A stretch of 62,751 nt of DNA, the filler included, from Bipalium vagum (taxonomy: Eukaryota), in NCBI GenBank assembly GCA_037834085.1. It is 3 parts of 3 records of this genome, joined end to end, with 100 filler letters (N's around TTAATTAATTAA, not from the genome) between each part and the next. Parts side by side here need not be neighbours in the genome. Positions count along the whole stretch, not along the records: positions 46,003 to 62,751 come from JBBMKC010095992.1; 2 more parts are not named here. One strand, given 5' to 3'. Both the position numbers and the translations under genes were made by a program. A model generated the notes under the pieces. The model saw only the letters and a list, made by a program, of their open reading frames with translations. It did not search any database and was not told where the DNA came from. Below are positions 54,771 to 62,751 of this stretch, piece after piece (positions within the stretch are counted from its first letter, which is position 1; the number at the start of each line of letters is the position of its first letter).

Positions 54771-55642
54771 GTAAAATATAAAAAATATGTATTCAAAGAA
54801 AATTAAAATTGATATTAAACAAAAAATCGATAAAAGATAAAAAACTGAATCGAATGTGAAATACTGAACAGATATAAAACACTCGAATTAAACGGATAAA
54901 TAAAAGATCACCTTCTTAAATAAAATCTAAATTTAGACTTTTAATGATAAATCTTTTTATTAAATTTTTTTACAATTTATATTTTTTTTAATTATTTAAG
55001 GAATAACCTTCCATTAATTAAACTTGAAATTATTAATTGTGAGTCTAATAATTGGTTTAAAAGTTTTTTGATTGAACACGTGTTTTACTGTAAATCGAAT
55101 TATACGTATTTTATTTTTATGATATTTCTTTCTTTTACGCAATAAAAAAGTGAAAATTATTATAATTCTCTAAACGTATTTAAGTAAAACCTAATAAAAG
55201 TAAATCCATTTAGTCCTATACTTTTTCTGATATGCCGCTTTTAGCTTTTATTATTGAAATATGATTTTTAAATTATAACAGAATATATAATTTTTTTATG
55301 AATAATTTAGTTATTTTAACTGAACATTAATTTATTTTTATCTTTGGAAAAAATGAGAAAAAAAATTTTTGTGCTTTGTTCATCATTCTTGTATTAAATA
55401 ATGAATTTGCGTTTGTTAATTTTCATCCGAAATTATTAATATTTATTAATAAATATTTTTAAATATTTAATATAATTATATAATAATAATAATGATAATG
55501 TCAACAAGATTTTCATTTAATCATATTTACACGGAAAAAAAATATATTAAGATCAACAACAATCTTTACTTGTTTAAATGAAGTGAAATACAACTACCAT
55601 TTTTTTTAACTTGATAAAAATTTAGTTTTACTAAAGATAGAT

Positions 55643-55963
55643 ATGAGTGGTGTAATAGAATCTCAAACAGAATCGCCAAACTTCGATAATCTGAAAGCAG
55701 AATTAATACGGCATCCAGAGGGACTGAAACTTTATGAAGATTTATATTTTCCTGCCAAATATCAAATTCTGTTTAATAAAATAAATCTGGAATTTGATTC
55801 CACAGAAATTGTTTGGAGACGACCCGGGCAAATAAGCAAATCGCCGGTTTTAGTAGAAACTAATGTTGAGGAAAGTCCCGTAAAATTCTATCAAGGGAAG
55901 CTCACACCTTTCTGGTTTCCAATTCTTATAGCCATATTGAAGGAAAGAAATTTATTCGATTTG
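55643..55963 (+). CDS. Calpain-like protein (start of the CysPc domain), single exon in window; catalytic Cys replaced by Phe
   Basis: FDNLKAELI..LYEDLYFPA..ILF..IVWRRPGQISKSP..FYQGKLTPFWFPILIAIL..LF aligns in order with calpain LFEDPxFPA..WxRPxEI..P..IxQGxLGDCWxLAAI. Donor TTG|GTAAGT at 55963/55964. An AG two nt before the ATG means an upstream exon is possible. Downstream exons were not seen. Confidence 0.8.
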
Positions 55964-56379
55964 GTAAGTTTTTTTTGGTCAGTTAAATTTTTTATACAAT
56001 AAATTTAATATTGGTATCAATTATGGCTTTATAAAATGCATTATTATTTTTATTATCATTATTTATTATTATTTAATAATATTATTAATATTTATTATTA
56101 TTATAATATTATTTTATTTGATATTTAATATTAATTATTATTATTAGCATTTATTATTATTTCTATTATTTTATTATTATGTTTATTATGTCATTATTAC
56201 TTATTATTATACATTTTATTTAATATTTAATATTAATATTTGATATTATTATCATTTATTATAATTATTATTTAATTATCATTTTTATTATTTCTATTTA
56301 TTATTTTCATTAATATTATTTCACAATAATAAATTATAAATAAATGTTAAGTTAAAAGTCACTTTCTTTTTCGTTTTTC

Positions 56380-57200
56380 TAATTTGATTTTCTAAAGGAT
56401 TCCCATTAAATTACATGAGATTTTCATTTAAAATCTTTAAATCATTTTAACAAAACAAATGTATCAATTCACGAGACCTGGCTCGAATATCAATAAACTA
56501 TTAGAGAATTATGATGAAATAATGATTAATTCTAATGAAAAAATTGATTCCTAAATCAGATTCAATTCCAATAAGCAGAATTGATCAAGCAACAATGAAA
56601 CATGGTGTAAAAAATATTTCTAATGATCTCAAGAGAGAAACATCATAAGGCTCCTTCATATTAGGATCTGCATTTAAATGTTGTGGTAAATTGATAGGAA
56701 ATAATTTATGCGATAGTCGTTCCCAGTTCCTTAACAATGCAAGAGTGAATGAAAGGCTTTAATCAAAATAAACAAATTTCAAATGCCAATAGGACAGATA
56801 AATCATTATGATCCTAAATTAAAACAAAAGCGGAATGTCAGGAGATGGTATCGAGGCAATGAAAAAGGTTACGACAAGCGTTTACTAAGATGCGAAGGGT
56901 ATTTTGTTAATGGGTTACCTTGAAAAAGGTGAAAATAACAACTTTGATTATTATCAATTTGTTAAATCAATTGAATGAAAAGATTTGTATAACAAGAACA
57001 TGATTAAAGAAGAAAAATTAATTCTCATCAGAACGCTAACTTATAAGTGTATTGACAATGGTAAAACTGAATCGATTTTCTGCTTAAACTGCTAATAGAT
57101 TAAATAATAACTATGACTCTTATCCCTTTCGAAATCTTTAAAAAAAATCATTCGTAGCAGGTTTATTGTATCAAGTGAGGAAGTTACACCAGCTGTATCT
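56380..57200 (+). mobile_element. Decayed mariner inside the calpain intron
   Basis: HYDPKLKQK and KKVTTSVY*DAKGILLMGYLEKG match the KKVMAxVFWDxxGILLIDYLEKG motif. Confidence 0.6.
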
Positions 57201-58229
57201 TTTTCAACTTGCGGGTGCGACCAACATCCAAAAAATTTATTATAAATACGGGTTCTGGGTGCGAGTTGCATCCTATTTTATTTGTTTTAAATAATATGAT
57301 TAAAATTTCGTCTTAATTTTAAATTATAGTTTTATATTTTACTAAAATTATCAACAAATACATCCCTTATTGGTTGAAATTTTCTTCAGCTGTTTTCTTA
57401 TACCGAGCGTGTTACTAATGGTTACTTAATTATTAATTTGAAAGATTATCTGAAAAATACGAAATAAACTACAATATAGCTATTAATTATAAAAACTTAT
57501 AACTAGTTACGGACCTAAAATATATACCTATAATAAAGTTTAATTATATTTATTATCTAATTAATTAAATTAAATTAATGAAACAAAGCGGACCAAAAAA
57601 AATGTGGTTCAATTAGATTTTCTAATATGAAAAAAGGAAATGTTTAAATGATTGTGTCATGAATGAAATTAATGGATTGGAGAACAATTTAATGTTCAAA
57701 ATAACAAAAAAATAAAACGATTGTGCAATAGTCGATTAATCAATAAATAGGTCAGGATGTGAAAGATCATCGACATTAAGAATGGACGAGAAATTAACTA
57801 AAACAAAGTCATTAACTATAGAAAATAAATAATAATAAAATAATAAACGAGAATTCGAAATCATTTTGATAGCGATCAGAGCGTAATAATATTATGATAA
57901 TAATAAAAATAACAATTAAAAAAGCTGGTTGGATATTTTTCTTAAAGTGAATTTATCATTTATTAATGCAATTGTATTCAGTTAATTTTGTTTGAAATAT
58001 CTATTCGGAGTAGCAGTTAATTTTGCGGATTTTTTAAGAAATCAAAACGCATTTATTTTGAAAACATATTATTACATTTTATTTAACAATATTTCTGACC
58101 CTCATATGCAACATTCACCAAAGCTGTCTGGCAACCTATAAATACCTCGGTTGAATTTCGGTATAAATGTCGAACCAAAGTTCTAAATAAGGCTTTTGGT
58201 TATCTTCTTATTTAACTATAATTATGAAT

Positions 58230-58450
58230 TTTTCTGTTTAATTTGCTTAACAGGCAGCGGAAAATGCTTTTTGTGATTTCACCACCACTCTATTACCAGA
58301 CTTCTTCGCTGCTGGAATAAACAAGTTATCATTAAGGTGGCAGAACTGTGTTGATAGTTTTGGTGATTACTCTGAATAAATAAATCGTTTTTTGCTTCTT
58401 ATTTTGAAAATCAAAATGTTAATTAAAAGTCCGACATTAATTCATACTTA
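58230..58450 (+). mobile_element. Mariner 3' end relic
   Basis: AFCDFTTTLLPDFFAAGINKLSLRWQNCVDSFGDYSE* is a mariner C-terminus. Confidence 0.6.
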
Positions 58451-59163
58451 ATGACTTAATGGTATTAAGAAACAAGGAATTGTGTTGACGGATTTAATGC
58501 CGTATTAACTAATATCGATTTTGATGCCGTGATAGTGCGTTTGTTTAAGTTTTTGAAATTAATTAACTTTAAGCAAATAATTCTATTTAAATATTAGAAA
58601 TTATTATCAAAAGCTCTTATTTTTTTTATATTTCATAACAATTTTCTTAGTTTAATTTAAAATCTTGATTTTCTTCGCTACACTAACAACCCCTTTCAAA
58701 TCAAATAACATTTAAGAATAAAGTTTGTTTAATTAAACATTTTTAAGTTGAAACATCTTCCACAGCTTTATCAAATGAAAAATCATAGCAATTAATTCAT
58801 GTACATAAATAGTTAATAATAAAGTAAAGCAAATAACAAGATTCACCACCTTGGTATTGGGCTTCTAAATTAAATACCTGAGCCCTAAACTATTGCCCAC
58901 AAAAAGTAAAACTCTTAGGACTTGAGCATGTTCCTAATTCCAAGGTTTTGTTGAATAAAATTTTTGGTAACCTCAATACCAATTTTAACCTAACAACACA
59001 ACGCAAAGAACGACCTTTTGTTATTTATTTGTTCATGGATCTGAATTAGCAGCTGGTCTTAGAAGCTTCCTGCATACCAAGTTATTCTCGTCACCTAGTC
59101 GAGTACTTTGTCATTGATATTGACTTTGTCAGTAATAATAAATATTTTTTCCTAAGCTTCAAA

Positions 59164-60154
59164 TATTAGGTTGAACCATTTGAAATGTCTGATTACATTA
59201 TATTTTTTCAAAACCAAATTAACAAGACAAAAATAAGTTTTAAACTAAGAAAAGTTGCCATTTGATGAAACACATTTCTGCCAATGACATTCAAGACTTA
59301 TTTCCGGTTAAATAGAATTCTTCTTTTCTTGAATTTACAAAGTCAGATATGAGTTTTCGATAGCTGACAGATCAGTAAAAATGTTTTGACCAAAGAATTT
59401 AACTAAATACTTTAAAAAAATGATGATCACATATAAAAATTCAAGTTTGGTAACCCAGTATGCAGTTAATTATATAGCAATGCTTTATTTCTATTTGTCC
59501 ATCTTCATACTGACGATATTTATGCTTCTTCAGACATTGTACACAATATCTTTCGCTAATGGTTCTCATATCACACCAATTTTTCATCACCGGCTTAAAC
59601 TCTGTGCAAAAATAAAAGCCTCGTAAGAAGATTTCGCACACTTTAACAGTTCTTTTGCGTCATTTCTTATGGTAACCACTTACCTTACTTTTGTATCCTT
59701 TCCAGAGCGTACAAACCTATACTAACAGTAGATTAGTTAAAATTCAATGTTCATGTCATTCCTTTAATTGTTTGTTCGAACCTTTTTAGTCTATTGGCTC
59801 AAAATCATCATCTTCAAATATTTTGGTTGGCCGAAACGTTTTTTGTGTTATACGATATGGTCAACAGCTGTTAATCGGGAAATAAATCTGTGTGATGGTT
59901 CTGATTGCTCATGTTCCCCGTAAGGTTTTAACAATAAATAATAAATGATTTTTCTTAAATTGAAGCAAAATAATAATACTGGTTGCAAATGATCTTTTGT
60001 TGTTTTATAATTTTGCATTTCCGCCTAAAATGATAATTAAGTTAATCAACTTAAACAAAAAACCAATATTAATTTTTAAAAAATACACCTAAATTTTACA
60101 ATTTAGTTTTATTTTTGTTGACAAATACAAAAAATTATATGGCTAATTAATCTA
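59164..60154 (-). mobile_element. Decayed mariner
   Basis: TIR TATTAGGTTGAACCATTTGAAAT at 59164. Minus strand gives LPSLNFYM and a C-terminal RHWQKCVSSNGNF. Confidence 0.7.
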
Positions 60155-60799
60155 TTACAAAACGATGGAAACTAATTTCTACATCTCTGATGATAAGGCA
60201 CATGTTTATTATTTTATCAGTATTAAGTATTTATAATATATTAATTAAAATCTTTACAATTAATTATTACTGTTATTTATTATCATCAATCAGCACTGTA
60301 GAGGACTCTCAAAATCAGTCAAAATATTTTAATCTTTCTTAAAACTCTTTCCATTTTCAACATGAAACCTCAAAATTTTAATAGATTTTATGTATTCCTT
60401 TAAATTGGGCTATTTTTTAAAATTTGTTATCCTTTTTTTTAATGAAAAATTAATTTAATAATTTTATCTTTAAAGTAATGCCATTTTTTAAAGTTTCAAA
60501 AAATTCAGTTGAAATTTGATTAGTCGCATGTATAAGTCTTTATTTCTCAAAATGTGGAAACTTTGCGATCTATAGAGCTCCTCTTCCCGTCAAGACCTCT
60601 AGCATATCACCTGATAGCCAAAGCGACTCTGCGAGGTCAGACTTTGTGCTACATAACATCGCCGTCAGTCAACTGATCGTTGCCGAAAGCCACTTGTTGG
60701 ATATATTTGAAACGGTGAGCCAGATTAACAAATATATACAGCCGGTAACATTTCCTGATTATTAGAAAAATGTCTCAGTTAAATTAAAATATATACGAA

Positions 60800-61600
60800 A
60801 ATTCGAAAAAGGGTGGATGTTAATGATTTTTATTTCCACGATGTTATTCTATTTGAAAATCAATTTCATTTTACCTGATTTGTAAAGACTTATGTTTGAA
60901 ATTAAAGACAAAACGGCGATACCATTACTGCTTCTCTTAAGAACTATTTTTATCATAATAAATATATGTTTCATTAAATGGAACAGATGGTAGTCAGAAG
61001 GTGAAGTATCCAGACTGTTTGAAGGGTATGATAAAAAGTCTGGTAGTGCCAAGATTGAAAAAGTTTCCTTTCCATTTGCGAAAAACATTCATTCCTCTTT
61101 CTGAATATGATATACTTAACGCGCTCTTCACTTTTCAAGGATGCGAAATAATAAGCCAAGCTGGTCACTAAGCACTTATCATGAAGCACCATGCCATCAT
61201 GAATACCTGGGATTACATTGATTGTAGAATTGTTCAGATTACTAAATAATAAAACCATTAAATTTTGAAAACAGAAGCTATCGTACTTTACCAACCTCTT
61301 ATCGGTAAATAATCATGATACAATGGTTACGATACAATCTAAAAAGTATTCATTTTGGTACTTTAAGAGAATTTTTTTAAAAATGAAAGACATTTTCAGT
61401 AATCATTAAATTTGTATCACCATTATTTCGGTGGTTTCATTATTTTCCCCACCTTTTTCAACCCCAGATGAAATATAGTCTTATAAGAGCCTCATTTTCC
61501 GCCTTGTCATTACGAGTTTAACGTTATTTTTTTACGATTGGGATCTGGATTACAGCTGATCGTCATACATACTTAACAGTGACCACTTTAATTCTACTTT
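60800..61600 (-). mobile_element. Decayed mariner
   Basis: LSYPSNSLDTSPSDYHLFHLMKH corresponds to HPPYSPDLAPSDYHLF. Confidence 0.6.
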
Positions 61601-62040
61601 GGAAAGGACAAACTACCTCAATTACATTCTTACATAAAAAATATCTGAATATATTTGATTAGTGGACTTTACTGCTTCGGACACTGTTTCATGACGAAAT
61701 TTATAACGCTTATATAGGGGTACCCAAAAGTGAGTGCTTAAAAATAATTATTTTAGATATTATAAGAGTTTATGACCAATATTCACTTCAAATATTCGCC
61801 ATGACACAAAATGATTTTGTTCAGATCGTCTATCAATAGATTCTACTCACGAGTCAGCTTGTATTTTGTTCGTTCTCCAAAAATTGTTTCAGGAACATTT
61901 ATTTCTTGCATGGATTTGAATTTTTTCATTATTCTCTGGGATTCCAAATTCAGGACGATGAAGTGATCCATCAGGCTCATGTCAAGAGCCTAAGGTAGTT
62001 GTGGGATACACTTGATTACATTTAGGCTTTAAGAAAGAAT

Positions 62041-62751
62041 TATTAGGTTGTAAAGAAATAAATTTCGGTTTTTAATATCTAATTTTAAAGGAACACATGA
62101 CAACTTAAACAAAGTTTTATTTATCAAAATAGAATCTGCCAGACTGTACACACTTCTCCCAACGAGAAGTGTGTACAAGCTTATTTATCCCGATTCGATA
62201 AAAATCCGGAGGTCTAGATGTTACAAATTCTTCAAAGGCCTGAATGACGTCATCCACATTGGGGAAGGTTCTCCCGCTAAGGAACTTGTCCAGATATAAT
62301 TGAAAAAATAGTAATCAGAAGGTTAGAGGTCTGGTGAATAGGCTGGTTGAGGCAGAGTTTCAATATAAAGGTCATTCAATTTTTGTATTGTACATTGCGC
62401 GACATGTGGTCTGGCGTTATCATGGAGAAGCAGTATACCCTTTCTACTGACCAAGGCTGGGTTGATGGCCTTCAGTTTTTGAAACATTTCTTCGATTTCT
62501 ATGCAATATAATTCGGAGGTTATTGTTTGCCCACATTTTAAGAATTTATAATTTAACAAATCCTTGGAACTCCACCAAACAGTAATCAATACCTTCCGTT
62601 GGTGCATATTGGGTTTCGGAAAGGGTTTAGGGGCCTCATGTCGATCTAATCACTGCGCAGAACGTCGGCGATTTTCGTACATGATCCATTTCTCATCACA
62701 TGTCACAATGCGATCGAGGAAAGGATCAGTTTTGTTGCGTAAAAGAAGTGC
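62041..62751 (-). mobile_element. Young DD34D mariner (cecropia/Hsmar1-like), 3' two-thirds, cut by the window edge; transposase pseudogenised
   Basis: TIR TATTAGGTTGTAAAGAAATAAATTTCGG. Minus strand reads LLLRNKTDPFLDRIVTCDEKWIMYENRRRSAQ*LD..KVLITVWWS..LLHDNARPHVA..QPAYSPDL*PSDYYFF, then one frameshift, then LDKFLSGRTF..GINKLVHTSRWEKCV..YFDK*. All three catalytic Asp are present; two nonsense changes and one frameshift. Confidence 0.95.

Overview
Very AT-rich animal genomic DNA. The organism cannot be determined from the sequence; the divergent proteins, 44-64-nt minimal introns and alpha9/10-like nAChR suggest a fast-evolving lophotrochozoan. The window is at least three contigs joined by artificial 100-bp N44-TTAATTAATTAA-N44 linkers, plus one 181-N gap. 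I spliced four genes by hand. (1) A complete Shc adaptor (PTB-CH1-SH2, ~350 aa, +, 255-13523). (2) A complete CTD small phosphatase of the SCP/CTDSP family (~515 aa, +, 15100-21610) with a long acidic tail. (3) Two exons of a nicotinic acetylcholine receptor subunit (-, 43690-37833). (4) One exon of a calpain-like protein whose catalytic Cys is replaced by Phe (+, 55643-55963). The long introns and intergenic DNA contain more than 20 decayed Tc1/mariner/pogo elements; one young mariner runs off the right edge. Best leads: an 83/86-bp near-perfect inverted repeat inside a CTDSP intron, the probable pseudo-calpain, a Shc with no Grb2-binding YxN motif, and a 6-nt insertion that perfects a hairpin in the young mariner. 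I cannot support a clearly new multi-gene system from this window. Transposon boundaries are approximate unless TIRs are quoted.
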